Assembly: GCA_002269645.1 (NCBI GenBank) | Contig: NIVC01000426.1 | Span: forward strand, 437,029-501,028 | From: Macrostomum lignano | Taxonomy: Eukaryota | DNA length: 64,000 bases | Reading direction: 5' to 3' | Shown: piece after piece, positions 31,459 to 45,200 of the stretch | Numbering within the stretch: position 1 is the stretch's first letter | Layout: every line of letters starts with the position of its first letter | Program-made: the position numbers and the translations under genes | The notes under the pieces: generated by a model | The model's database searches: none | What the model saw: the letters and a program-made list of their open reading frames with translations, nothing else | What the model was told of the DNA's origin: nothing

Positions 31459-32589
31459 TTGAGCTAGTCTTAACAATCTACCTATGAGCATAAAGCATAA
31501 CTGCTAGCCTTTGATGTTTTTTGATTTGTGTACTTCAATTGACCCAAAACTGACATTATTTAGATATATAATACTTTAAGTAGTTCACGTGTGCCAAACA
31601 GAACATTTCTAAACGCTCTGCTGCTAGATTTAATCTGACTCTAATCAAAATGCAGCTTTTTATTATGAGTAGTTTATTTGTGTTTTCTCTATTTAATTTA
31701 TTTGTTTGCCTTGAGCGTTGCTAAAAAAATCTTGCAATTTTTTAGGTAAACAGCGAGAGTAACTATGACTATATTTGAATGGTTGAATAGCTTGTCATCT
31801 AATTAGTTTTTTCCTACGACAAAAACGAACAAAAGATTTATTGTTAGATTAAAGAAACTGCACAGTATATGGCAGTCGCTTTTCTGTTCTCGTTGTATTG
31901 ATCTCTTGGTGGGCACTCAGCAACTCGTTTTTGTATTAAAGATTAAACAGCTGACTTCTTTGCGCTTATGGATAAAATATACTTAAATAATTCTTTTGGC
32001 CTACTTTCGAGCCCAGCATTGTTCTGCTATCTCAACTTCTGATATGCTAGGTATGTATTGTACGTTTATTCAACGAAGTGCCCAAACTAAGCACTAGACC
32101 AGTCTTTTTACAGATCCAGAATAGAGCAAGAACTCATAAAGATCGCAATGTCCCAATCTTGTTGAGCACTAAATCTTATTAATGAACTTCCTTCATTCGT
32201 TTAATTTCTGCTTTTTTCGGTTCATGGAAGGGTTTTTTCTTCATTTTAAATTCAAATTGGTGCCAGTAAAACACTAGTATAAGTAGTATAGTAGCACTTC
32301 GAATTTTGTGGTTTATTTTTATTTTTTGTCAGACGGTTGTTTTCTGCCATTGATTTTCTCATTTTCTCTACATTTTTCAAGTTTGAATTACCAGTATCAG
32401 TAGAATCTCCTCATAGAAACGGTGTTTGCAACGCTTTTGTTTAAAGTCAACTCAATAAAAATCGCACAATTTCAAAAAAACTTCTGTTGGAAGGTACTTT
32501 ACTTGTTTATTATTTGTCATTCCAGTCTTGAAGTTTTCGCTAGTTAGGCATAATAATTAGCATTGTATCACTCCGGCCTGTTCCGAAAA

Positions 32590-33140
32590 TCACCACTGAA
32601 TCATATCTAATAAATCGTCTTTGAATTACTTCGGAAGAATCTCATGTCTATGGAGAATCGCCCCTGAATCAAGTCTATAGAGAATCACCGCTGAATCATG
32701 TCTATAAATAATCGCCACTGAATCATGTCTATAGAAAATCGCCCCTGAATCAAATCTTATAAAGAATCGCCCCTGAATTAAGTCTATAAAGAATCGCCCC
32801 TAAATCAAGTCTATAAAGAATCGCCCCTGAATCAAATCAATAGAGAATCGCCCCTGAATCAAGTCTATAGAGAATCGCCCCTGAATCAAGTCTATAGAGA
32901 ATCGCCCCTGAATCAAGTCTATAGAGAATCGCCCCTTAATCAAGTCTATAGAGAATCGCCCCTGAATCAAGTCTATAGAGAATCGCCCCTGAATCAAGTC
33001 TATAGAGAATCGCCCCTGAATCAAGTCTATAGAGAATCGCCCCTGAATCAAGTCTATAGAGAATCGTCTCTGAATCAAGTCTATAGAGAATCGCCCCTGA
33101 ATCAGTATATAAAGAATCGACTCTGAAAATCGCCCTTATT
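32590..33140. repeat. Minisatellite, 27-bp unit (GAATCGCCCCTGAATCAAGTCTATAGA)
   Basis: 9-aa periodicity of ORF 32800..33078. Ends about 160 bp upstream of the CHCHD2 ATG. Confidence 0.93.
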
Positions 33141-33303
33141 TTTGTCATGCCTTCAAGTTCTATAGAAGATTCTTAGGTTCCAGGGTTAACCTGGAAGGTT
33201 CCAGGGTTAGAAGAATTAAATAGCCATTTTAATCCGAGGCCGAGTCATTGCGCAATCTCATTCGCTGCATGCTCGCAAGTCTCTCACCTATTAATTATTA
33301 ACA

Positions 33304-33741
33304 ATGGGTCGCAGATCTGGAGGAGGAGGCGGTGGCGGCGGCTTCATGCGCAGGCCGGCCGCCCCGCCACTGGCCGCTCCGCGGCCCAGCAACAATGTGC
33401 CAGCCGCTAGGCCGCCGGCACAGCCCGCCCCGGCTGCATCGGCCCCCTCGGGCGGCGGCGGCTTCCTGTCGAACATGGCATCCACAGCCGGCGGAGTGGC
33501 CATCGGGCACACCATCGGACACGCCATCACTGGCAGCTTCGGCGGCAGCGGCGGAGCTGTCGAATCTGCCGCTGACCCGGGTGCTGCCCAGCAGCAGCAG
33601 CAGCAGCAGCCCTGCCAATACGAGATGGAGCAGCTAATGAACTGCAGCGTTAACCAGCAGGATATTAGCCTGTGCGCCGGCTATAGCGAGATTCTTAAAC
33701 AATGCCGACAGCGCTTCGGCACCGGGGCTCAGTGGCAGTGA
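33304..33741 (+). CDS. CHCHD2: CHCHD2/CHCHD10 (Mix17-family) mitochondrial twin-CX9C protein, 145 aa, single exon
   Basis: Arg/Pro/Ala-rich N-terminus, the conserved hydrophobic helix MASTAGGVAIGHTIGHAITG, and a C-terminal CX9C-CX9C (CQYEMEQLMNC...CAGYSEILKQC). Confidence 0.93.
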   Translation: MGRRSGGGGGGGGFMRRPAAPPLAAPRPSNNVPAARPPAQPAPAASAPSGGGGFLSNMASTAGGVAIGHTIGHAITGSFGGSGGAVESAADPGAAQQQQQQQPCQYEMEQLMNCSVNQQDISLCAGYSEILKQCRQRFGTGAQWQ

Positions 33742-34244
33742 GCGATTCAATTAGCCACCAAAATGGAACTTGTCTGTTCAGTTAGATAAAAAAGAGAAGC
33801 AGTTAGCCGTAGTAGTAATAGTAGTAGTAGTAGCTGTGACACCTTGAATTTGTGTTTATCCAGAGTAAAAAAGTCCTGGTCAATATTTAAGCTTACTAAA
33901 CTATATGCACTATTCTACTAACAGTAGTGTAATGAACATTTATCCAGCATATTTTCTACCATCGTTATTGTTTTCTCAAGAACTTGTTCAACAAAAGCGA
34001 ATAATTAACATAAACGTCGCCAATGAGATTAAAATAGAAGCAAATGCACTGGCTAAAGCGCTGTCAACTTTGTCCTGCGTAAGTTGATGTCTTTTTCTCA
34101 GTTATTTTCTTAGTATTAAGAAATGGTCATGCAGTTTTGTGATACCAATTTGTTCCTTTAGTTCCTCCTGTCTTCACTTTCCCTGTCCTTCATTATTCTT
34201 CTGTCCTTTTGTTCCCATATCCTCATGTGATTCAGTTCCCATAT

Positions 34245-35000
34245 CCTTCAGTTCCTCCTGTCCTTCAGTTCCTCCTGTCCTTCAGTTCCTCCTGTCCTTC
34301 AGTTCCTCCTGTCCTTCAGTTCCTCCTGTCCTTCAGTTCCTCCTGTCCTTCAGTTCCTCCTGTCCTTCAGTTCCTCCTGTCCTTCAGTTCCTCCTGTCCT
34401 TCAGTTCCTCCTGTCCTTCAGTTCCTCCTGTCCTTCAGTTCCTCCTGTCCTTCAGTTCCTCCTGTCCTTCAGTTCCTCCTGTCCTTCAGTTCCTCCTGTC
34501 CTTCAGTTCCTCCTGTCCTTCAGTTCCTCCTGTCCTTCAGTTCCTCCTGTCCTTCAGTTCCTCCTGTCCTTCAGTTCCTCCTGTCCTTCAGTTCCTCCTG
34601 TCCTTCAGTTCCTCCTGTCCTTCAGTTCCTTCTGTCCTTCAGTTCCTCCTGTCCTTCAGTTCCTCCTGTCCTTCAGTTCCTTCTGTCCTTCAGTTCCTCC
34701 TGTCCTACAGTTCCCCTTATCTCCTCTCCTGTCCTTAAGTTCCCTTATCTTTCAGTTCCTCCTGTCCTTCAGTTCTTCCTGTCCTACAGTTCCCCTTATC
34801 TCCTCTCCTGTCCTTAAGTTCCCTTATCTTTCAGTTCCTCCTGTCCTTCAGTTCCTCCTGTCCTTCGTTTCCTCCTGTCCTTCAGTTCCTCCTGTCCTTC
34901 AGTTCCTCCTGTCCTTCAGTTCCTCATCCTTCAGTTCCTCGTCCTTCAGTTCCTCGTCCTTCAGTTCCTCATCCTTCAGTTCCTCCTGTCCTTCAGTTGC
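34245..35000. repeat. Minisatellite, 17-bp unit (CCTTCAGTTCCTCCTGT)
   Basis: 17-aa periodicity in the overlapping ORFs. Lies between CHCHD2 and CHMP3. Confidence 0.95.
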
Positions 35001-35189
35001 CATTTTCCCCAGTCCTTAATTCTTCAGCAATTCTGAAGCTAAATAGGTGCTAAACACTGCATTCTAGTCTAGATCTAAATTCCTGCACTTTCTCATGCTA
35101 AATTCATGTCAAACTCGTCCCAGTGCTTAACCGCGAAAGCTATTAGCCAAGTCCTGTAAACCACATTCCCCTACAAAGCGAAGCAAAGC

Positions 35190-36559
35190 ATGGGCCTCTT
35201 CGGCGAGAAACCCAAAGACCCGAAGGAGCAGGTTCGCGAGATGAAGTCTAAGCTGCGTAAAGAGGGCTACAGACTCGACCGAGACATTAATGCTATACAA
35301 CGCAAGCAGAAAACTGCCGAGGCGGAAATTAAAAAGTATTGCAAATCTGGCAATAAATCAGCCGCCATGGTGGTTGCCAAGGAGGTGCTGCAGACGCGCA
35401 AAGCTGTTGGCCGATTGTACGCCGCCAAGGCCCAGATGAACTCCGTGATGATGGAGATGGACCACCAGCTGGCTGTCACCCGGATGGCCGGAGCTATGCA
35501 AAAGAGTACCGAGGTGTGTGATGCGTGCTAGCACTATCGATGAACATTTGAGTGCCCGACTGTCTTCATCGCACCTTATGTTTTTAGACATGAGTAGGCT
35601 GAGTGCAGTTTTTTTATTTACATACAGTAGCTGGGGCGAGTCATTGAAGCTAATGGGCTAATATGTACGAGCGGCTCAATGAAACAAAACCTATAAACCA
35701 TTGACTTGATTAACTAATGACTAAACAAGTTTGTCACCTGTAGAGATTTGAGCCTTAACCACACAGTGTTCATGTGACAGTTCTTTCATGATGTAAGACA
35801 ACAATCTTACATCATTCATGTCGTGTATCCCAAGGTTGGGAGTTTTGGCCATAGACTAACCATGCACAGAGTGAAGGAGCAAGCAACACAAGCCATGGAC
35901 TCACCAACTGGAAGTTAAAATGTATCTTCGATTCTGTGGCTAATCGAGTAAATTGTTTACACGTTTTATTACATATTGGCCCATTTTTGTGTAAATTTTT
36001 TAACCTGATAAACAGATGCACAGATTTGAAGGGTCTCGCTAGAAAGCCTACAGTGGTATAAAAATAGGCAGTTTGGCAAAGAGCAGCAGGCACTCTAATC
36101 TCTGGTTCCAGATGCCTGGGCTCCATCTACACGCAGATCAATCGCCAACTCTAGTGCTCTTTTTATGTCATTTAGTTATAAATCGCTTTTACTATCGCCA
36201 ATCAACAGGTGATGCATGCCATGCAGAAGCTGGTCAAGGTGCCGGAGATCCAGCAGACTATGATGGAGATGAGCCGCGAGATGACCAAAATGGGCATCAT
36301 GGACGAAATGATGGAGGACGCTATGAGCGACGTGCTTGGCGACGACGATCAATTGGAAGCTGACGCCGACAAGGAGGTTGACAAGGTCCTATTTGACTTG
36401 ACTAACGGCGTGATGGGCACCGCGCCAGACGCTGTCCAGGATCGTCTGCCAGACGCCGCCGCCGATGCGGCCGCGGCCGGAGCCACCGGAGGCGCCGAGC
36501 CAGAAGAGGAGGAGGACATGGACGCTATGCGGGATCGGCTAGCCGCGCTTCGATCCTAA
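35190..36559 (+). CDS. CHMP3: ESCRT-III subunit CHMP3/Vps24, 2 exons: join(35190..35513,36209..36559), about 224 aa
   Basis: MGLFGEKPKDPKEQVRE..LYAAKAQMNSV..AGAMQKSTE|VMHAMQKLVKVPEIQQTMMEMSREMTKMGIMDEM.., ending in a MIM1-like AMRDRLAALRS. One phase-0 GT-AG intron. Confidence 0.95.
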
Positions 36560-36714
36560 TCAGTTGCTGAACGAATCTACTCCCTGCTTTGTTTGGGTAT
36601 TGACTGCTCAGAGGCTTATAGAGGAGTAGATATTTGCTTATTGCTGGTTTATATAGCTGGATTTTTTATTTATCAAAAACTTTTTTTCCTGAACGGACTG
36701 GATGTAAATGAAAC

Positions 36715-37270
36715 TTTCACCAGAAATAACTGAAATCGATGGGACTCTCACCGGAAATACCGGAAGTACTCGTAGATAAAACTTCCACCGGAAATACCAG
36801 ACTTGGATAGAACTCTCACCGGAAGTAGATAAAACTCTCACCGGAAATACCCGAAGTAGATAACTCTCACTGGAAATACCCGAAGTAGATAAAACTCTCA
36901 CCGGAAATACCCGGAGTAGACAAAACTCTCACCGGAAATTCCGGAAGTAGATAAAACTCTCACCGGAAAATACCGGATGTAGATAAAACTCTCACCGGAA
37001 ATTCCGGAAGTAGATAAAACTCTCACCGGAAAATACCGGATGTAGATAAAACTCTCACCGGAAATTCCGGAAGTAGATAAAACTCACCGGAAAATACCGG
37101 ATGTAGATAAAACTCTCACCGGAAATTCCGGAAGTAGATAAAACTCTCACCGGAAAATACCGAATAACCCTAGTTAGAAGTAACTAAACTAGAGACGGAA
37201 CTCCCACTAGAAGAACCGGAAGTAGATGGAGCTTTCCCCGGAAGAGTCGAAAACGCAGAGAAAGTACCGG
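36715..37270. repeat. Minisatellite, about 31-bp unit (ACCGGAAATTCCGGAAGTAGATAAAACTCTC)
   Basis: Tandem copies downstream of CHMP3. Confidence 0.9.
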
Positions 37271-38699
37271 AAACAGATGTAACTCCCATTCTAGCACTGT
37301 TCCTCACTGCAGATTCCAGCCTATGTTCTACAATGAAGAGCTAATACGGGTCGGAGTCGTTCTCCCTCAGTTTTTTATTCAGTTACATTTTTGAGCTTCA
37401 GTCCTGCTTAGAGATGTGCAGGTGTTGAGAAATATTGCTATGTATATTTTATACCTGAATGACTACTCCGTGTTTCATCAACAGCCGTATAGCCTCTGCC
37501 ACACTAATTGAAAGTTTTCTGTACGTTTATTCCATCAATTATAACAAACACTATTTGCTACTGCAAGTAGCAATCACAGATTCTAAATTGAAATAACTAA
37601 ATGGGCCACTCAGGCATGTATACTTAGTAAAACAGCTTTCTACTTTCAGTTCAGTAGCAAAGAAGAATACATAAGCTTTTTTATAAAAAATAGAGGCAGC
37701 TAAAATGACTGATAAGTTTAGAATCTCAAACAAAAGCTTGCAGGCGAAAACAGCTTGCTAATTGGTTCAGCAGTAATGTACATTAGCCAGTCCACTGAAA
37801 TGTACATGGCAGCTTTAGGCTGGAATTCCGAGAAAGGCAATAAAAATTGGGGCGGGGCGGGGGGTAGATTGGAAAGGCGCGGTTGGGGGGTTTTAGCTAG
37901 GGGGGGGGGGTAAGAGCCAATAAATGAGCCTTGGCTTTAAAAATACATTAAAATGCTTCTGTTTAGCTTACTACTGAACTGAAAGTAGCTTACACGCAAA
38001 TGTGCTAAGTGGCCCATCTAGTTATTCTAGTATCTAGTATCTAGTATCTGTGGTAACAATATAACATTGTAATGTGCAGTTTTTACAATCAGTTTGAACA
38101 TTAAAAAAATCCGCTCTTCTGTACATTTTGTTTAATTTTTCAATTCGTTGACGTTAGAATCAAGCTCTTCATTTACTGTTCATTATCTTAATTTGTTGAC
38201 AAGCCTCTTTAATTGCTCTTAATAGCCTATGTTTATTTGTGGTTTTAATAACTATTTTCCTTCTTGATAAACGGGTAACGGTCATCTGTTACTGAAAGAG
38301 AGGGAGCCCTGTAAATACAAAACTTTCTTAAGAAATATAGTTCATAAGTATTTTTAACTGTGATATATGCTATTCTTCAAGTACTGTACTACAGAAAAAT
38401 GAAACTTCTGTGGCTCTGTGCTGCAGCAACCAACAAACTGTTTACTTTAAAGAATACAAATATATATCATTCAATTTATAATAAAAAACATTTATTTTCA
38501 CATTACTGCTGATGCATTATGATGGCATGTAGCAATAATGCAATCGATTGTGTGATTTTTTTTTGAAAACTGAATTATTTTATTAAATCGTACATTTTTG
38601 AGTACTGTGGATTGTTTATCGATTAGATTGTCGGTAAACCACTGCAAGATGTTTCTTTGGCAAGGCAAAAAATTAATTGTTACAGATTATTTTCACCCT

Positions 38700-39065
38700 C
38701 ACCTCAATGTACTTAGCTCTAAGCCAACCCCAATGCACTCACTCCAGCTCCAACTCAACCCCAATGTACTCACTCCAGCTCTAAGCCAACCCAAATGCAC
38801 TCACTCCAGCTCCAACTCAACCCCAATGTACTCACTCCAGCTCTAAGCCAACCCCAATGTACTCACTCCAGCTCTAAGCCAACCCCAATGTACTCACTTC
38901 AGCTCTAACCCAACCCCCAATGTACTCACTCCAGCTCTAACCCAACCCCCAATGTACTCACTCCAGCTCTAACCCAACCCCAAATGTACTCACTCCAGCT
39001 CTAACCCAACCCCAAATGTACTCACTCCAGCTCTAACCCCACCCCAAATGTACTCACTTTAGCTC
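38700..39065. repeat. Minisatellite, 31-32-bp unit (GCTCTAACCCAACCCCAAATGTACTCACTCCA)
   Basis: Tandem copies ending about 185 bp upstream of the CCCH/CHY gene ATG. Confidence 0.92.
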
Positions 39066-39249
39066 TTACCCATACTCGTATAGCTATAAATTTAAAATTT
39101 AATAGTGTCTTCTAGCTGCTAAAAATATTGCTTATTTTTTTAATTTTTAAATATAAAAATCTTTCAACTTGTGTTCCGATACTACTCAAAACCGCAGTAG
39201 TAATATTTGCGCGCGTTTATTTTGTTTCTTTTAACTATTCAACTATTGC

Positions 39250-42200
39250 ATGGCTAGCAAAGACGCTCAGCAACAGCAGCTGTGCTATTTTTATCAGCGT
39301 GGCAACTGTCGCCATGGCAACCAGTGCCGATTCTTGCACGCTCGTCCCCCGGCACCGCTTGCAGCAGCAGCAGAATCATCAGTGGAAGGAGGTCCCGCCG
39401 TTGCCCGGGTAACCATCAGCACAGTCTGCTGGTATTTGAAACGCGACGGAGTCTGTCCCCATGGCGACCGGTGCCGGTTCAGCCACGACCTGAGCAGCGC
39501 CGTCAGGCAGGACAGCTCGAAGAGTTCTGCCAAGGCGCAGACGCTCCAAGCGTGCGTGTTCTACCAGCGCGGCAGTTGCAAGCGCGGCCAGAACTGCTGG
39601 TATCGGCATATTGATCCGGCGGGCGCCGCCCCGTTGGCTCAGGTGAGCAGCTTTATCTTCTACTCGGCAGATAAACTGCTAGCTCGAAATTGCACGCATT
39701 CGAAAACGAGTAAAATTTACAGCTCGTAAGCTTGAAACTTCACAATGGGAATACCGTTACTTTACAAACGTTTAATTATGAAACTTAATTAGCTCGAATC
39801 TTCATCAGCTCAAAACTCCATTAGCTCAAAACTTCATTAGCTCAAACCTCCATTAGCTCAAAACTCCATTAGCTCAAAACTTCATTAGCTCAAAACTCCA
39901 TTAGCTCAAAACTCCATTAGCTCAAAACTCCATTAGCTCAAAACTCCATTAGCTCAAACCTCCATTAGCTCAAAACTCCATTAGCTCAAAACTTCATTAG
40001 CTCAAAACTCCATTAGCTCAAAACTCCATTAGCTCAAAACTCCATTAGCTCAAAACTCCATTAGCTCAAACCTTCATTAGCTCAAAACTCCATTAGCTCA
40101 AAACTCCATTAGCTCAAAACTCCATTAGCTCAAAACTCTATTAGCTCAAAACTCCATTAGCTCAAAACTCCATTAGCTCAAAACTCTATTAGCTCAAAAC
40201 TCCATTAGCTCAAACCTTCATTAGCTCAAAACTCCATTAGCTCAAACCTTCATCAGCTCAAAACTCCATTAGCTCAAACCTTCATTAGCTCAAACCTTCA
40301 TTAGCTCGAACCTTCATTAGCTCAAACCTTCATTAGCTCAAAACTCTATTAGCTCAAACCTTCATTAGCTCAAAACGCCATCAACTCAAAACTTAATTAG
40401 CTCAAACCTTCATTAGCTCAAAACTCAATTAGCTCAAAACTTCATTAGCTCAAACCTTCATTAGCTCAAACCTTCATTAGCTCAAACCTTCATCAGCTCA
40501 AACCTTCATTAGCTCAAACCTTCATTAGCTCAAACCTTCATTAGCTCAAACCTTCATCAGCTCAAACCTTCATTAGCTCAAACCTTCATTAGCTCAAAAC
40601 TCCATTAGCTCAAACCTTCATTAGCTCAAAACTCCATTAGCTCAAACCTTCATTAGCTCAAAACTCCATTAGCTCAAAACTCCATTAGCTCAAACCTTCA
40701 TTAGCTCAAACCTTCATTAGCTCAAAACTCCATCAACTCAAAACTCAATTAGCTCAAAACTTCATTAGCTCAAACCTTCATTAGCTCAAAACTCCATTAG
40801 CTCAAACCTTCATCAGCTCAAAACTCCATTAGCTCAAAACTCCATTAGCTCGAACCTTCATTAGCTCAAACCTTCATTAGCTCAAAACTCCATTAGCTCA
40901 AACCTTCATTAGCTCAAAACGCCATCAACTCAAAACTTAATTAGCTCAAAACTTCATTAGCTCAAACCTTCATTAGCTCAAAACTCAATTAGCTCAAAAC
41001 TTCATTAGCTCAAAACTTCATTAGCTCAAACCTTCATTAGCTCAAACCTTCATTAGCTCAAAACTCCATCAGCTCAAACCTTCATTAGCTCAAACCTTCA
41101 TTAGCTCAAAACTCCATCAGCTCAAACCTTCATTAGCTCAAAACTTCATTAGCTCAAAACTCCATTAGCTCAAACCTTCATTAGCTCAAAACTCCATTAG
41201 CTCAAACCTTCATTAGCTCAAAACTTCATTAGCTCAAAACTCCATTAGCTCAAAACTCCATTAGCTCAAAACTCCATTAGCTCAAAACTCCATTAGCTCA
41301 AACCTTCATTAGCTCAAAACTCCATTAGCTCAAACCTTCATCAGCTCAAAACTCCATTAGCTCAAACCTTCATTAGCTCGAACCTTCATTAGCTCAAACC
41401 TTCATTAGCTCAAAACTCCATTAGCTCAAACCTTCATTAGCTCAAAACGCCATCAACTCAAAACTTAATTAGCTCAAACCTTCATTAGCTCAAAACTCAA
41501 TTAGCTCAAAACTTCATTAGCTCAAACCTTCATTAGCTCAAACCTTCATTAGCTCAAACCTTCATCAGCTCAAACCTTCATTAGCTCAAACCTTCATTAG
41601 CTCAAAACTCCATTAGCTCAAACCTTCATTAGCTCAAACCTTCATTAGCTCAAAACTCCATTAGCTCAAACCTTCATTAGCTCAAAACTCCATCAACTCA
41701 AAACTTAATTAGCTCAAACCTTCATTAGCTCAAAACTCCATTAGCTCAAAACTCCATTAGCTCAAACCTTCATTAGCTCAAACCTTCATTAGCTCAAAAC
41801 TCCATCAACTCAAAACTCAATTAGCTCAAAACTTCATTAGCTCAAACCTTCATTAGCTCAAAACTCAATTAGCTAAAAACTTCATTAGCTCAAAACTTCA
41901 TTAGCTCAAACCTTCATTAGCTCAAACCTTCATTAGCTCAAAACTCCATCAGCTCAAACCTTCATTAGCTCAAACCTTCATTAGCTCAAAACTCCATCAG
42001 CTCAAACCTTCATTAGCTCAAAACTTCATTAGCTCAAAACTCCATTAGCTCAAACCTTCATTAGCTCAAAACTTCATTAGCTCAAAACTCCATTAGCTCA
42101 AACCTTCATTAGCTCAAAACTCCATTAGTTTAAAACTTCATTAGCTCAAAACTCCATTAGCTCAAAACTCCATTAGCTCAAACCTTCATTAGCTCAAAAC

Positions 42201-45200
42201 TCCATTAGCTCAAAACTCCATTAGCTCAAACCTTCATTAGCTCAAACCTTCATTAGCTCGAAACTTCATTAGCTCAAAACTCCATTAGCTCAAAACTCCA
42301 TTAGCTCAAACCTTCATTAGCTCAAACCTTCATTAGCTCGAAACTCCATTGCTCAAAACTGCATTAGCTCTAAACTCCAGTGGCTCAAAACTCCATTAGA
42401 TGCTGAATTAACTGCCAGTCTCCGCCCCTTAAAACTAAATTGCCTGTAAAAATGGAGTTCAAAATGGTGGTACACCTGTTGCTCTTTTCAGTCAAAAACC
42501 GATGCTGCTGCTGCTTCTGCAGAAGAAGAAAAAGAAGAGCCGACCGATAAAGCCAGCTCAGCAGCCGTTAAAGAAAGCGGCAGCGGATTTGTGATTAGCC
42601 GACCTGCTCAGACTCGTCAGTCGCCAGCTGCTGCATCAGCAAATCCGTCCATGGCAACTAAGAAGTCGCTGTCAGGCCTGACCGAAGCTTCCGCTGCCGA
42701 ACTCCGTCAGGCTGAGATGGCCACTCTGATTCGACGCGTGCCCAAAAGCGAACTGCTGACGCGAACGTTTGACAATGGCGAACAGGTGTTCGAGTTCGAT
42801 TTCCAGTCTAGCGATCCGGATTGGCCGTACGATGTGAAATCTCTGCCCCTTGCTGTGGCCTTTCCCATTGGCTTTCCTAAGGAGGTAACTGCGTTCTGAT
42901 GTTAATTCGGATTGTTGCATGTGTTCTAGCGCTGGGTTCCATCAGGTGTTCTAGCGCTGGGTTCCATCAGGTGTTCTAGCGCTGGTTTCCATCAGGTGTT
43001 CTAGCGTTGGGTTTTATCAGGTGTTTTAGCGCTGGGTTCCATCAGGTGTTTTAGCGCTGGGTTCCATCAGGTGTTCTAGCGCTGGGTTCCATCAGGTGTT
43101 CTAGCGTTGGGTTCCATCAGGTGTTTTAGCGCTGGGTTCCATCAGGTGTTTTAGCGCTGGGTTCCATCAGGTGTTTTAGCGCTTGGTTCCATCAGGTGTT
43201 TTAGCGCTGGGTTTCATCAGGTGTTTTAGCGCTGGGTTTTATCAGGTGTTTTAGCGCTTGGTTCCATCAAGTGTTCCAGTGCTTGGTTCCATCAGGTGTT
43301 CTAGCGCTTGGTTCCATCAGGTGTTCTAGCGTTGGGTTCCATCAGGTGTTCTAGCGCTGGGTTCCATCAGGTGTTCTAGCGCTGGGTTCCATCAGGTGTT
43401 CTAGCGCTGGGTTCCATCAGGTGTTTTAGCGCTTGGTTCCATCAGGTGTTCTAGCGTTGGGTTCCATCAGGTGTTCTAGCGCTGGGTTCCATCAGGTGTT
43501 CTAGCGCTGGGTTCCATCAGGTGTTTTAGTGCTGGGTTCCATCAGGTGTTCTAGCGCTGCGTTCCATCAGGTGTTCTAGCGCTGGGTTCCATCAGGTGTT
43601 TTAGTGCTGGGTTCCATCAGGTGTTCTAGCGCTGGGTTCCATCAGGTGTTTTAGTGCTGGGTTCCATCAGGTGTTCTAGCGCTGCGTTCCATCAGGTGTT
43701 CTAGCGCTGGGTTCCATCAGGTGTTTTAGTGCTGGGTTCCATCAGGTGTTCTAGCGCTGGGTTCCATCAGGTGTTCTAGCGCTGGGTTCCATCAGGTGTT
43801 CTAGCGTTGGGTTTTATCAGGTGTTCCAGTGCTTGGTTCCATCAGGTGTTCTAGCGCTGGGTTCCATCAGGTGTTTTAGCGCTTGGTTCCATCAGGTGTT
43901 CCAGTGCTTGGTTCCATCAGGTGTTCTAGCGCTGGGTTCCATCAGGTGTTCCAGTGCTTGGTTCCATCAGGTGTTCTAGCGCTGGGTTCCATCAGGTGTT
44001 TTAGCGCTTGGTTCCATCAGGTGTTCCAGTGCTTGGTTCCATCAGGTGTTCTAGCGCTGGGTTCCATCAGGTGTTCCAGTGCTTGGTTCCATCAGGTGTT
44101 CTAGCGCTGGGTTCCATCAGGTGTTCCAGTGCTTGGTTCCATCAGGTGTTCTAGCGCTGGGTTCCATCAGGTGTTCTAGCGCTGGGTTCCATCAGGTGTT
44201 CCAGTGCTTGGTTCCATCAGGTGTTCCAGTGCTTGGTTCCATCAGGTGTTCCAGTGCTTGGTTCCATCAGGTGTTCTAGCGCTGGGTTCCATCAGGTGTT
44301 CCAGTGCTTGGTTCCATCAGGTGTTCTAGCGCTGGGTTCCATCAGGTGTTCCAGTGCTTGGTTCCATCAGGTGTTCTAGCGCTGGGTTCCATCAGGTGTT
44401 CCAGTGCTTGGTTCCATCAGGTGTTCTAGCGCTGGGTTCCATCAGGTGTTCTAGCGCTGGGTTCCATCAGGTGTTCTAGCGCTGGGTTCCATCAGGTGTT
44501 TTAGCGCTTGGTTCCATCAGGTGTTTTAGCGCTGGGTTCCATCAGGTGTTCTAGCGCTGGGTTCCATCAGGTGTTCTAGCGCTTGGTTCCATCAGGTGTT
44601 TTAGCGCTGGGTTCCATCAGGTGTTTTAGCGCTTGGTTCCATCAGGTGTTTTAGCGCTGGGTTCCATCAGGTGTTCTAGCGCTGGGTTCCATCAGGTGTT
44701 CTAGCGCTGGGTTCCATCAGGTGTTTTAGCGCTTGGTTCCATCAGGTGTTTTAGCGCTGGGTTCCATCAGGTGTTCTAGCGCTGGGTTCCATCAGGTGTT
44801 CTAGCGCTTGGTTCCATCAGGTGTTTTAGCGCTGGGTTCCATCAGGTGTTTTAGCGCTTGGTTCCATCAGGTGTTTTAGCGCTGGGTTCCATCAGGTGTT
44901 CTAGCGCTGGGTTCCATCAGGTGTTCTAGCGCTGGGTTCCATCAGGTGTTTTAGCGCTTGGTTCCATCAGGTGTTTTAGCGCTGGGTTCCATCAGGTGTT
45001 TTAGCGCTGGGTTCCATCAGGTGTTCTAGCGCTTGGTTCCATCAGGTGTTTTAGCGCTGGGTTCCATCAGGTGTTTTAGCGCTGGGTTCCATCAGGTGTT
45101 CTAGCGCTGGGTTCCATCAGGTGTTCCAGCGCTGGGTTTCATCAGGTGTTTTAGCGCTGGGTTCCATCAGGTGTTTTAGTGCTGGGTTCCATCAGGTGTT

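Noticed and set aside
38700-39065. Telomere-like TAACCC within repeat units (also GGTTAGGG at 49150..49260)
   Set aside because: Single hexamers embedded in longer units, not (TTAGGG)n tracts.
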